A stretch of DNA of 63,825 nucleotides, filler included, from Octopus bimaculoides (GCF_001194135.2; 8 parts of 5 records of this genome joined end to end with filler, not necessarily neighbours in it); one strand, 5' to 3'; counted from the first letter of the whole stretch, positions 24,962-36,320 are shown. Notes: generated by a model from the sequence alone, not told the origin. Numbers and translations: made by a program.

Positions 24962-25061
24962 NNNNNNNNNNNNNNNNNNNNNNNNNNNNNNNNNNNNNNN
25001 NNNNNTTAATTAATTAANNNNNNNNNNNNNNNNNNNNNNNNNNNNNNNNNNNNNNNNNNNN
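24962..25061. other. Artificial 100-nt scaffold linker N44-TTAATTAATTAA-N44 (cores also at 35250, 38998, 45441, 55975, 58527, 62525)
   Basis: Identical 12-mer centred in N runs seven times; it encodes stops in all six frames, a known contig-joining convention. Confidence 0.95.
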
Positions 25062-25261
25062 ACACCATTTCGAGCGTGGCCGTTTTCGTGCGGGTGACAC
25101 GTAAAAGCACCCACTACACTCTCTGAGTGGTTGGCGTTAGGAAGGGCATCCAGCTGTAGAAACTCTGCCAAATTAGACTGGAGCCTGGTGTTGCCATCCG
25201 GTTTCACCAGTCCTCAGTCAAATCGTCCAACCCATGCTAGCATGGAAAGCGGACGTTAAAC

Positions 25262-25297
<36 letters not shown>
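25062..25297 (+). mobile_element. RTE-type 3' tail (family C), ending in (GAT)n
   Basis: gacacgtaaaagcaccc...ggttggcgttaggaagggcatccagctgtagaaac...cccatgctagcatggaaagcggacgttaaacgatgatgat; matches the 3' UTR at 41467-41660 (reverse). Confidence 0.88.
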
Positions 25298-25298
<1 letters not shown>

Positions 25299-25465
25299 AC
25301 TTCATCTTGAGAGATGATAACTGTCCCATCAGGTTATTGTCATTAGCCACCCTGGACAAATTACATCTGGAAACAGTCCTGTTTTGGATTGTAACACTGC
25401 ACATATTGCATGTGTATGTTTGTTTGTGTGACTGATATTGGTATCATGTAACTAGCACCCATCCT

Positions 25466-25853
25466 GGTGGCACATAGAAAGGCAACTTTCAAATGTTGGG
25501 CCCCACAGAGGCAATGTGGCCGGTGGCACATAAAAAGAACCTTTTGAGTGTTGGGCCTCACAGAGGCAATGACAGATGACTGAGACCTTTGGCAATAGGC
25601 TGTTCTTGACAAGAAAACCCATCAAGCCAAGTGGAATCATAGTCATGGCAGATAATGGTGTCATGCAAATGGCACGTAAAAAAACACATTACAATTTGCT
25701 GAGTGGTTGGTGTTAGGAAGGGCATCCAGCTGTAGGCACCATGCCAAATCAGACTAGAGTCTGGTGCAGCCCCCTCAGCTTACCAGCTGTGGTCAAACTG
25801 TCCATCCCATGCCAGCATAGACAATGGACATGAAATAATGATGATGATGATGA
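25466..25853 (+). mobile_element. RTE LINE 3' end with rearranged/duplicated 5' junction
   Basis: gggcctcacagaggcaatg...gagacctttggcaataggctgttcttgacaagaaaacccatcaagcc matches the C-terminus of ORF 41901-42095, followed by the family C tail and (GAT)n. Confidence 0.8.
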
Positions 25854-25892
25854 AATGCATATGTATATATCTTCATCATCATCATCATCATT

Positions 25893-25936
<44 letters not shown>

Positions 25937-26502
25937 CTGTTTTAACTCCAGGTTTATGTATGTATAATAGTTAGCAAGGTGGGACACACATAAGAAAGAA
26001 GAAAGCAAAGGACCACTGATGNNNNNNNNNNTGTGTTTGACAATTGTAAATAACAAAAGCAATGATAAAATGATAAAATATTTTTTTTAAATGTAGTTCC
26101 ACTTACATTTTCTTTTTACTACTTTAATCTGTCTCTCTCTCTCTCTCTCTCTCCCCTTCCCATTTCTTCTTGGCTTTCTTTTTAAATAATCTGTTAAAGT
26201 ATTTAAGCCACTGACATCCTAGTAAGATTATTGTGTTAGTGTTGCTCATAGTATATTGTTGGTGGTTGGTGACACATATTATTTTGTGTGTGTGTGTGTG
26301 TGTTAGGAGTGTGTGAGAAAAGAATTGTGAGCATAGAATTGACCTTGATTTTGAAAATAAAACTAAAATACTTAAAACCCTTGCCATAGACTATTCTCAT
26401 GAAAGTCTACTATCCATCCCTTCAAGATATATCTATATATCTATGTGTGCGTGTGTGTGTATGTGTGTGTGTGTGTGTGCGTGTGATTTAAATACTCTTT
26501 TG

Positions 26503-26681
26503 TTTCATATTTCTTTATTGCCCACAAGGAGCTAAACATAGAGGAGACAAACAAGGACAGACAAAGGGATTAAGTCGATTACATCGACCCCAGTGCATAA
26601 CTGGTACTTAATTTATCGACCCCCCGAAAGGATGAAAGGCAAAGTCGACCTCGGTGGAATTTGAACTCAGAACGTAACGGC
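26503..26681 (-). mobile_element. SINE family B, 5'-truncated, alternative 3' tail
   Basis: Body as 24551-24752, but the tail reads ttaatccctttgtctgtccttgtttgtctcctctatgtttagctccttgtgggcaataaagaaat. Confidence 0.88.
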
Positions 26682-27430
26682 ACTTGCCAAATAAGCCATC
26701 TCCTCCATTAAGATGCTTTATGAACTGTTTCCGCTTCAGGTCAAATACTCAGGCAATTAAATATAGCCTGTCATGCAGCTTCTGATTCAGGAATAGGTTT
26801 TGCCAGATTTTGGGCCAGTTTGGATTCCATGTCATTGCGATGAAGAACAAAGCATTGCTGTATTTCCACACGTACATCATGGCATCGTGTCATCGCTCCA
26901 TCATATATCTTGGTCTACTGACAAATGTGGAAGAGAGTATGATTCACTTGCCAATGTTGTGAAAAAACGTCACCATCATTCAATATTTTAGTAAGGCCTT
27001 TGTATGTTGTAGATCACAATGATGTTTGATTCATTTAGATGTATTGCAGCCTATCTCCTTCAATCTATGTCGCAGCTATGTCAACCAAATATTGCTGAAA
27101 TAAATGATCGCCTCTGAGAAGTTGGTTGAATTCATTTTCATGGTTCATTATTCAATAGGCATGGTAGCGCACTGACATCAACTTCTTGTTGTTAATCATT
27201 AACAGGCAGTTCTATTGTCTGAGGTTCTTCATAAACTCGTTTGCTCTAGGTTGATCAGTGCTAAATAAATTGCGAAGTTCCTGGGGCAAAGGGTGCAGAT
27301 TCCCCAGCCTGACTTTTCCATTCATACAGCAAAAGTTAGCAGTTTCACCATGAAAAAGCATTGCATGACAACAGATACAGATCTTATTCATCTGTTGGCA
27401 AAGACGTTCAGCTCTCCGAGCATCCATTTC
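26682..27430 (-). mobile_element. Helitron Rep (rolling-circle initiator region) fragment, internally deleted, pseudogenised
   Basis: CCHAMLFHGE..NFCCMNGKVRL...P..LRNLF....ANEFMKNLRQ, then YHAY..M....FNQLL...LFQQYLVD....IEGDRLQYI..NQ, NIGK.IILSSTF..RPRYM...DAMMYV, FFIAMTWNPNWPKI...DR....A.VFDLK. Confidence 0.9.
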
Positions 27431-27984
27431 ATGATGTCTCCTGCTTTTGTCTCTTTCTCTCTGTTTCACCGTCTGCTCTGCTCTCTGAGCGTGTGTGAAT
27501 GTATGTATGTATGTGTGTGTGTGTGTGAGTGAGTTCATACTTCTCTCATTTTTATATTTATATGTGTTCGGTTGCTGGTAGTAAATAATAGCTCTATTGA
27601 TTGTCGTTTACAGTCAAGAACAAAAGCAGCCCAGAATTTTGTACCGACATGTTGTGCAATCTTTTTATGCAATACGCTTGTTCATGCAGTGTTGTTGTTT
27701 CCAGTTCTGCTCATAACCATGTCTGAATTCTTCATTGCTCGATAAACTGTGTGATTGTCATCCTGCTTGGATACAGGTAAAGGTTGGCATCTGGTAGCAC
27801 ATTTGGTTGTTGAAAACAACCAAAGCATGCACACAAACACATATTATTAATGAATTAACTCTTTATTGATTTTGACTACTGATGTTCAAGTGAATTCTAC
27901 TGAATACATACATACAATACCCCACACTCCATCATCACCTCAGATAATCATTCGGATTAGCTTTTGGCCTTAGTGACATATTGG

Positions 27985-28221
27985 TTACTCTTTTACTCTT
28001 TTACTCTTTTACTTGTTTCAGTCATTTGACTGTGACCATGCTGGAGCACCCCCTTTTAGTCGAGCTAATCGACCCGCAGGACTTATTCTTTGTAAGCCTA
28101 GTACTTATTCTATCAGTCTCTTTAGCCGAACTGCTAAGTTACGGGGATGTAAACACACCAGCATCGGTTGTCAAGCGATGTTGGGAGGGACAAACACAGA
28201 CACACAAACATATACACACAA

Positions 28222-28279
<58 letters not shown>

Positions 28280-28443
28280 GATGGGCTTCTTGCAGTTTCC
28301 GTCTACCAAATCCACTCACAAGGCTTTGGTCGGCCCGAGGCTATAGTAGTAAAACACTTGCCCAAGGTGCCACACAGTGGGACTGAACCTGGAACCATGT
28401 GGTTGGTAAACAAGCTACTTACCACACAGCCACTCCTATGCCT
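27985..28443 (-). mobile_element. SINE family A, full length (tRNA head, CORE-like segment, internal TA/TG microsatellite, tail ending (GTAAAAGA)n)
   Basis: Reverse strand aggagtggctgtgtggtaag (A box)...ggttcagtccc (B box)...ggcaccttgggcaagtgt...; tail ggtgctccagcatggtcacagtcaaatgactgaaacaagtaaaagagtaaaagag. Confidence 0.92.
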
Positions 28444-29144
28444 ATTATATAATATTCTGTTGATACTACCCCTTTTTTTATAGTGTTGTCTGTTTGTTTG
28501 TTTCATTTTAAGTTTCATGGTATTGTTCACACAACTATGAATGTATAAATGTTTATACACTCCCATACGCACAAACTCACTGAACCAAATATATAGTCGT
28601 GTCTATACATGCTCATTCACAGACATACGCACAATGGTGTGCACACAGACACATTTACTCAGCCAGTACTTCTATAAGCACATACTGGTTTTGTCTGAAG
28701 GAAGGAGTTGAGTTGTACCAGTGGTTTTCACAAGCTTACAAACATACACACATATGCATGTACACATACGCACACACACACACTCACGCACTTGCACATT
28801 CACACTCATTTGCTTATATATGCATTAATACTTGCACACATAAACCCACACATTCACATGTACACACATGCACACAAGACCACATAGCTATAGGAGAGGC
28901 ATTGTGAATGCTTGGCTGTATGTCAGTTTGTGAGGTCACAAGGCCACTAGCTATAAGCATGGAGCTGTGAGTATGAGGTTGTCTTGCCTGTTTGTAAGAT
29001 CACATTTCCACACAGCTATAGGCGAGGTGACTGTCATGCGTGTCCAAAAATGCCATAGGCCATTAGCAGTGTAAATTACATAAAAATGAGTTGGCCCTAA
29101 TTGTATTTGAAATTATACCACAACACTCAGATAAGAGAGCTGCT

Positions 29145-29340
29145 ATGCTTGATCGAAGCTTACAACCCAACCCAATAGTATTACACTACCAAACAAGAGG
29201 GGCACATCCCTTATGTGATTGCTCAACCTGCTAGAAATTAGTAGCAAAATCTCTCTCAAGTCACACTGAAAAATGAAAGGATGCATTCGAAAATGTAGTC
29301 CTAAATACATTGTGTCTAAAATGTTTAGACAGCAGCTCAT
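29145..29340. mobile_element. Interspersed repeat family E (unclassified), degraded
   Basis: ctgctagaaattagtagcaaaatctctctcaagtcacac...aaggatgcattcgaaaatgtagtcct resembles 57665-57750; weaker relative near 4240-4310. Confidence 0.45.
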
Positions 29341-29856
29341 AAGAGATTAAGAGAATGATTATCAGACTTTACAAAAAAATACTAAGTTCTATTTGTTTTA
29401 CTAAAAGCTTCAAGATGGTGCCTCAGCATGGCCACAGTTCAATGGCTAAGACAAGTGAAAGGTAAAAAGTAAAAGCATTATAGGTCATCTGCCCTGTCAA
29501 TCAGAAGCCAAAGAAAAACAACAAGGACCACAACCACAACCACAACAACAGCAGCAGCAGCAGCAGTAATAGCAACTGAATCATAACTCATTTGGTGAAT
29601 GGTTTATTTATCTCATTTGTGGTGATGGTGGTGGTAATGGTTGTGGTAGTGGTAGGTGAGGGAGATGTTCATGTTATCATGAAGTCAAAGTTCAAGAAGA
29701 AGGACATGAAACCAAACAAGAGCTTTATTTCATCGGCTGCTGATTGCTACATAAAACTCAATGTTTCAGTGTCTCTTTCATTGCAGGAAAAATGTGCATT
29801 GTTGCACATGAACACATACTTGCATGCATTTACATATACATAGATTACATACATTC

Positions 29857-29887
<31 letters not shown>

Positions 29888-29919
29888 AATATGTGTATCT
29901 GTATGTGTGTGTAAAGATA

Positions 29920-30300
29920 CATGGCTCAATAGTTGGAGTGTCAAGCTCACAATTATGAGGTAGAGTGAATTTGATTCCTGGACCGGGTCATGTGTTGTGT
30001 TCTTGAGCAAGACACTTTATTTCATGTTGCTCCAGTTTCACTTATCTGTAGAAATGAGTTGCGACATCACTGGTGTCAAGTCTTTGCCATTCCCTTGTCA
30101 TGGTCATTGTCGGTGTCATGTAAATGGCACCTGTACCGGTGGTGCATAAAAGCACCCATTGTACTCTTGGGGTGGTTGGCATTGGAAGAGCATCCAGCTG
30201 TAGAAACCATACCAAATCAGACTGGAACCTGGTGTAGTTCTCTAGTTGATCAGTCCTATCAAACCTGGTGTAGCTCTCTAATTGATCAGTCCTATACATG
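29920..30300 (+). mobile_element. Composite SINE: tRNA-like head + CORE-like segment + RTE-derived tail (family C)
   Basis: catggctcaatagttgg...ttgattcctggaccggg...tgttgtgttcttgagcaagacacttt, then ccggtggtgcataaaagcaccc...gttggcattggaagagcatccagctgtagaaacc. Confidence 0.75.
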
Positions 30301-30396
30301 ACCTCTTTTCTTGCGGTCTGAAGATAAACCGGCCTTTACTGGGAAAAAATATAGACTGCTCTACTTTTTAGAGTGTGCTTATTTTCCAGATTTATG

Positions 30397-30969
30397 GGAT
30401 CTTTTTTAAAACGGGGGCCACATCTTTCATTAACGAAACACTTTGAAACTTGGAACACTGGTAGAATGTGTCATATAAAACATCTTTTTCTCTTAGGGAT
30501 TTCTTTTTTTTTTAAGAAGACTAAGTTATTCCAGGTTAAAGTTGTTGTATTTCTGTAATTTCAAACAATCACTGACGTCCATTCAGCCGATATACATTAA
30601 GTGCCGACTACATCAACAAACGATTCTGAAACAATTCTATCGGTGATAGGGTTAGGGTAAAACAGCAAATTTAAAAATAAAAAAGCAAATAAAACGAAGA
30701 AAAAAAAAAGAAAATGAAAAAAGCAAATAAAACGAAGCTATGGCTTAATCAGCCAAAGGAGTAAATGTAAACAACTGAATACTTGTCAGTGATTGGTTGA
30801 AATTATCGAAATAAGACAATTTTTTACATGAAATAAATTTGAATACAAAAATATTTTTCTGTTCTATAACACAAAATAGATAAGTATACGAAGTTTGAAA
30901 GTCTTTCGGTACCAAAAACACTACGTAAAACATTAATGAAAAATGTGGCCCCTGTTTTAAAAAAGATCC
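30397..30969. mobile_element. Foldback-like non-autonomous DNA element with long imperfect inverted arms
   Basis: ggatcttttttaaaacgggggccacatctttcattaa vs reverse complement of ttaatgaaaaatgtggcccctgttttaaaaaagatcc; inner match taatttcaaacaatcactgac / gtcagtgattggttgaaatta. Confidence 0.8.
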
Positions 30970-31381
30970 GATTTATGTTTTTCTAAAAACGATTTATATA
31001 TATTTATTTATTTGAAGTGTGAGTTCAGTTCTAATATCAATATAACCAAAATATATAGAAAATTTATATTCATCTATCATTTTCTTTAATGCTTTCTTAT
31101 TTGTCTATTTGTTTGTGCTTGTTATCTGTTATCTTTTCTATCAGAAGCTTTGCACCCATGAGAGACTTTGATCCATGATCAGAAGTCTCACTATCTAGAA
31201 ACCATACAACATATTCTTTCTACCTAGAATCAAATCAAACCAATTGCTCTCTTTTTATCTTTGTTAAGTTTTATTTTTTACATTTTTCCTTTTTTTACTG
31301 CATTATCTATGGACACTGTGCTGTGACAAATATATATATATATATATATATATAAGATATATGTATTTATATACAAGATAC

Positions 31382-31423
<42 letters not shown>

Positions 31424-31426
<3 letters not shown>

Positions 31427-31590
31427 CATCCATGTTCCTTGATGGCATGGGCTGGATAGATCCAAAGGCTACACAGTGCTCCAGTGTCTGCTTTGGCATG
31501 CTTTCTATAGCTAGATGCCCTTCCTAATGCCAACCACTTTATAGTGTGTACTGGGTAATTTTTTCATGCCACCTGTGCTAATGAGATCAC
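31424..31590 (-). mobile_element. RTE-type 3' tail (family C), degraded
   Basis: gatggcatggg...tagctagatgcccttcctaatgccaaccac...ttttcatgccacc. Confidence 0.75.
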
Positions 31591-31607
31591 CATGCATATG
31601 TTTGTGA

Positions 31608-31643
<36 letters not shown>

Positions 31644-31658
31644 NNNNNNNNNNATATA

Positions 31659-31690
<32 letters not shown>

Positions 31691-32241
31691 ATGTATTGTT
31701 CTGTGATGGTAAGATCAACACTATTGCCAAATAACAAGAGACAAACACAGACATCAAGATGCACATGTGTACACACATATGAACACAGTCACACACACAC
31801 ACATGCATACACGCACATACATGCATGCGCATAAATATTGGCTAGTAAAAAAATAAAATGTGTGTATTGCGTCATATGAAATGTGAAGAATTCTGGAAAG
31901 TATCTCACTGTCAAAAATGAGTTAACTTGCTTCCTGTGTCTCAAGCACTCATGCATGAAACCAAATATAGTCAGTTCCAGTGCAGTAAGGTTTAAGCAAA
32001 CCTGTATGTAACCAAAGATATTCCAGCTGTATGCATCCTTTTTTTTTGAAAACAAAGTATGTCTAAAATGGTAGTCTATAATCTGAGTGGGGACTTGGTT
32101 GCTATTTCTAATCTGAGTGAGGACTTGGTTGCTATTTCTATTGAGTCACTGCAATGGTGCTCCCTCACCTGGTCTGCTTTAAAGGGGTTATTACCTTAGC
32201 ATTATTTGATCAATACTGAATACTGCTTTACTCTTGCGCAG

Positions 32242-32267
32242 GTTCCATCTTTTATGGAGATTTGTAT
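32242..32267 (+). CDS. Candidate micro-exon (xSIFYGDLY) of unidentified gene
   Basis: tttactcttgcgcag acceptor and GTGAGT donor; open in a phase compatible with the next candidate. An alternative donor GTATGT at 32264 would give FHLLWRF. Confidence 0.3.
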
Positions 32268-32653
32268 GTGAGTGTATGTATATGCAGTCATGTTGTTGTT
32301 GTTACTACTGCTACTGCTGTTTCTTTTGGTGACAATGGAAACCTTATATATGATCTGAGGTATTTACAAATGCTTTATCCACTAATTAATTTCAGTGGAG
32401 CTAGCAAGGGAAGGGCAGATATATCTAGGTCAACCCAGACCATTTGATGTCACATTCTGTTCGTTTAATAGGAAACCATCTTCCTCTTCATCCACAACAA
32501 CTGAACTCACAACATTTAACAGGAAGTCAAGCTGGGAAGAGTAGCACAGTGAAGAGCTTCCCACATAACTCAACCTTACTTAATACAAACCAGTGAGAGG
32601 AGTCTGTACCTAGTTTTAATATCTGCCCCTAAAATTAATACGATTTTTCATTG

Positions 32654-34118
32654 AGGAGTGGCTGTGTGGTAAGTAGATTGCTTACCAACCACATGGTTCC
32701 GGGTTCAGTCCCACTGCGTGGCACCTTGGGCAAGTGTCTTCTACTATAGCCTCGGGCCGACCAAAGCCTTGTGAGTGGATTTGGTAGACGGAAACTGAAA
32801 GAAGCCCGTCGTATATATGTATATATATATATATCATCATCATCATCNNNNNNNNNNNNNNNNNNNNNNNNNNNNNNNNNNNNNNNNNNNNNNNNNNNNN
32901 NNNNNNNNNNNNNNNNNNNNNNNNNNNNNNNNNNNNNNNNNNNNNNNNNNNNNNNNNNNNNNNNNNNNNNNNNNNNNNNNNNNNNNNNNNNNNNNNNNNN
33001 NNNNNNNNNNNNNNNNNNNNNNNNNNNNNNNNNNNNNNNNNNNNNNNNNNNNNNNNNNNNNNNNNNNNNNNNNNNNNNNNNNNNNNNNNNNNNNNNNNNN
33101 NNNNNNNNNNNNNNNNNNNNNNNNNNNNNNNNNNNNNNNNNNNNNNNNNNNNNNNNNNNNNNNNNNNNNNNNNNNNNNNNNNNNNNNNNNNNNNNNNNNN
33201 NNNNNNNNNNNNNNNNNNNNNNNNNNNNNNNNNNNNNNNNNNNNNNNNNNNNNNNNNNNNNNNNNNNNNNNNNNNNNNNNNNNNNNNNNNNNNNNNNNNN
33301 NNNNNNNNNNNNNNNNNNNNNNNNNNNNNNNNNNNNNNNNNNNNNNNNNNNNNNNNNNNNNNNNNNNNNNNNNNNNNNNNNNNNNNNNNNNNNNNNNNNN
33401 NNNNNNNNNNNNNNNNNNNNNNNNNNNNNNNNNNNNNNNNNNNNNNNNNNNNNNNNNNNNNNNNNNNNNNNNNNNNNNNNNNNNNNNNNNNNNNNNNNNN
33501 NNNNNNNNNNNNNNNNNNNNNNNNNNNNNNNNNNNNNNNNNNNNNNNNNNNNNNNNNNNNNNNNNNNNNNNNNNNNNNNNNNNNNNNNNNNNNNNNNNNN
33601 NNNNNNNNNNNNNNNNNNNNNNNNNNNNNNNNNNNNNNNNNNNNNNNNNNNNNNNNNNNNNNNNNNNNNNNNNNNNNNNNNNNNNNNNNNNNNNNNNNNN
33701 NNNNNNNNNNNNNNNNNNNNNNNNNNNNNNNNNNNNNNNNNNNNNNNNNNNNNNNNNNNNNNNNNNNNNNNNNNNNNNNNNNNNNNNNNNNNNNNNNNNN
33801 NNNNNNNNNNNNNNNNNNNNNNNNNNNNNNNNNNNNNNNNNNNCTAACTTCCTAGTTAACCTGCCTTTGATGTTGCTGCACCTCTTATGTGTCCATAGCT
33901 TGCACCGGGTTCTTATGTGTGTCTGTGTTTGTCCCCCCACCATCGCTTGACAACTGATGCTGGTGTGTTTACATCCCCGTAACCTAGCGGTTCGGCAAAA
34001 AGACACCGATAGAATAAGTACTAGGCTTACAAAGAATAAGTCCTGGGGTCGAATTTCTCGACTAAAGGCGGTGCTCCAGCATGGCCACAGTCAAATGACT
34101 GAAACACGTAAAAGAGTA
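32654..34118 (+). mobile_element. SINE family A spanning an N gap (head 32654-32830, tail 33905-34118)
   Basis: Head and tail both match 27985-28443 in the same orientation; the gap sits where the internal microsatellite is expected. Confidence 0.85.
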
Positions 34119-34839
34119 TACAAAAGGCAGTAAATATTTCAGAATTGGTAATGCATCAGGCAGAATGCTATGCAGTATTCAGTTGCAACTGTTTATATTA
34201 TGATTTCAAATCCTGTTGAGATTAACTTTACCTTTCATCCATCTGCTTCCATTAAAATAAATTACCAATCAAGTACTGTGTTGGTATTTTTACCATTCGC
34301 TATTTCCGTTGTTTCTTTGCAAAACATCACAAATGTATTTCTTCCAAGTATTCCTTTCTCATTGTTAGTGCATTGAATTCTGTCCATGATTTGACATTGT
34401 GACCATTTTAAGATCTGACTGCCTATCTCTGCTTGGAACATCCTTGGTTTCCCTTTCGAAAGATCATGAGTTGAATGCTTGATGTGGCCAAACAGCTTTA
34501 GGAAGTTACTTTTAGCTTTACTAAAAATCAATTATATTTAGTTGTCAGATATTTTCTTTTTGTTTTTAGTACATATTCATGTACTAAGAAGTAGTCACCT
34601 CACAGTTGTTCTACATGTCCATTAAAGTCATCAGTCATGCTAATGAGACTGCTGTCATTTATCAAACTGGTGTTTAATTAAAGAGAAGCCATCAAAAACA
34701 TGAATATGCAAATTTAGCAACTCACCATTGTACTAACCTAAATAATGACTGCTTTATATAACTGCTGATCTGCTTGAAGAAGGAAGCTGGGTACATCTTT
34801 TGCAAGGAGCAGTCAACAAACCTTGAAACTGTCTTTCAG

Positions 34840-34881
34840 ATGACTCCTCCCCTTTTTCTAGCACATTATTACCATAGGAAA
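34840..34881 (+). CDS. Candidate 42-nt phase-0 exon (MTPPLFLAHYYHRK)
   Basis: tgtctttcag acceptor, AAA|GTATGT donor; only phase 0 is stop-free. Confidence 0.35.
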
Positions 34882-34940
34882 GTATGTGTCGGCAATGGTC
34901 CTCCTCAGTCACGAGTGGACGGCCATCATATTTATGTACA

Positions 34941-35173
34941 CAGTGTTGGCCAAAAGTCACCTGACAGTATATCAAAATTCCATAAATACTATCTGTAATT
35001 TTGTATTGAATCAAATGGAAAAATGTGTCGCTCAAGAAGGACTTCAGTTTGAATAATTTTCATGATGTTTCATATTTAGATGCTTTTATTAAATTCATTC
35101 AGTTGTTAAACGTAGATAAATCTTGGAATTAAATGGTTTTGATTTACTATCAGGTGACTTTTGGCCAACCCCG
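34941..35173. mobile_element. Tc1/mariner-type MITE retaining transposase C-terminus
   Basis: ~37-bp TIRs cagtgttggccaaaagtcacctgacagtatatcaaaa / ttttgatttactatcaggtgacttttggccaaccccg followed by TA; internal frame NQMEKCVAQEGLQFE*. Confidence 0.85.
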
Positions 35174-35389
35174 TAGGTGACTTTTGGCCAACCCCATACA
35201 TATATNNNNNNNNNNNNNNNNNNNNNNNNNNNNNNNNNNNNNNNNNNNNTTAATTAATTAANNNNNNNNNNNNNNNNNNNNNNNNNNNNNNNNNNNNNNN
35301 NNNNNTATTGTGTGTGAATGATTTTTGGTGTTCGTGTGTGTGTGTGTGTGCATGTGCGTGTTTTTGTGAATATGTGTGTGTGTATGAGG

Positions 35390-35444
<55 letters not shown>

Positions 35445-35556
35445 GGAAGAGAGAGAGAGGTGGGGTGAGGGAGAAAGAGTGAGAGAGCAAGAGAAAGAGA
35501 GAGATATGCAGACAGAAATATTAAGTATGTTAAAGGGCTTGAGATTAAGCAGCAGT

Positions 35557-35651
<95 letters not shown>

Positions 35652-35966
35652 TGTGAGAGAGTGCTTTCTGTATATTTGTGTGTGTATGGGAAGATAGAGA
35701 GAGGGGTATGGAAGAAAGAGGAAGAAAACAAGAGAAAGAGAGAACGAGAGAGAGAGAGAGAGAGAGAACGAGAGAGAGAGAGAGAGAATCAGAGGAAGAA
35801 GGAGAGAAAGAGAGACAGAACAAAAGAAAGAGAGAGTGAAAACGAGAGAAAGAGAGAGAGACAGAGATCAAGAGAAAGAAAGAGACAAAGAGAGAGCCAT
35901 ATAAACAGACAGAAACACAAAGTGTGTCAAAGGGCGTGAGACTAACCAGCAGTGTGTGCGTGTGTG

Positions 35967-35998
<32 letters not shown>

Positions 35999-36177
35999 GG
36001 AGTGTGTGTGTGTGTGTGTGTGTGCGTGTGTGTGTTTATGGTGTACTCATGAATACATGCGTGTGTGTGTATGTGTGTTTCTGTGAGTTGGAGGAAAGAA
36101 AAAGACGAAGGTCAAATGTATTTCGATGGGGAGAAGAGAAAAAAAGAGTAATAGAGATGACTATACTTTTCTAGTCT

Positions 36178-36320
36178 ATACACAAGGCCCGAAATTTTGT
36201 GGAAGGAGGCCAGTCGACGAGATCAATCCCGGTACTGGTACTTAATTTATCGGTACTTAATTTATCGACCCCGAAAGGAGGAAAGGCAAAGTCGACCTCG
36301 GTGGAATTTTAACACAGAAC
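36178..36320 (-). mobile_element. SINE family B, 5'-truncated
   Basis: cacaaggcccgaaattttgtgg...ctggtacttaatttatcg...cgaaaggaggaaaggcaaagtcgacctcggtggaattt; internal 15-bp duplication. Confidence 0.85.

Noticed and set aside
25006-25017. TTAATTAATTAA recurring seven times like a regular motif or spacer array
   Set aside because: Always centred in exactly 44+44 Ns; an artificial scaffold linker with six-frame stops, not biology.
27614-27776. Apparent exon with good acceptor and donor
   Set aside because: Stops in all three frames; lies next to the Helitron relic.
32242-34881. Resemblance of the joined IFYGDLY-MTPPL to helicase motif III (GDxxQLPPV)
   Set aside because: Depends on a hypothetical junction and lacks the conserved Q; likely coincidence.
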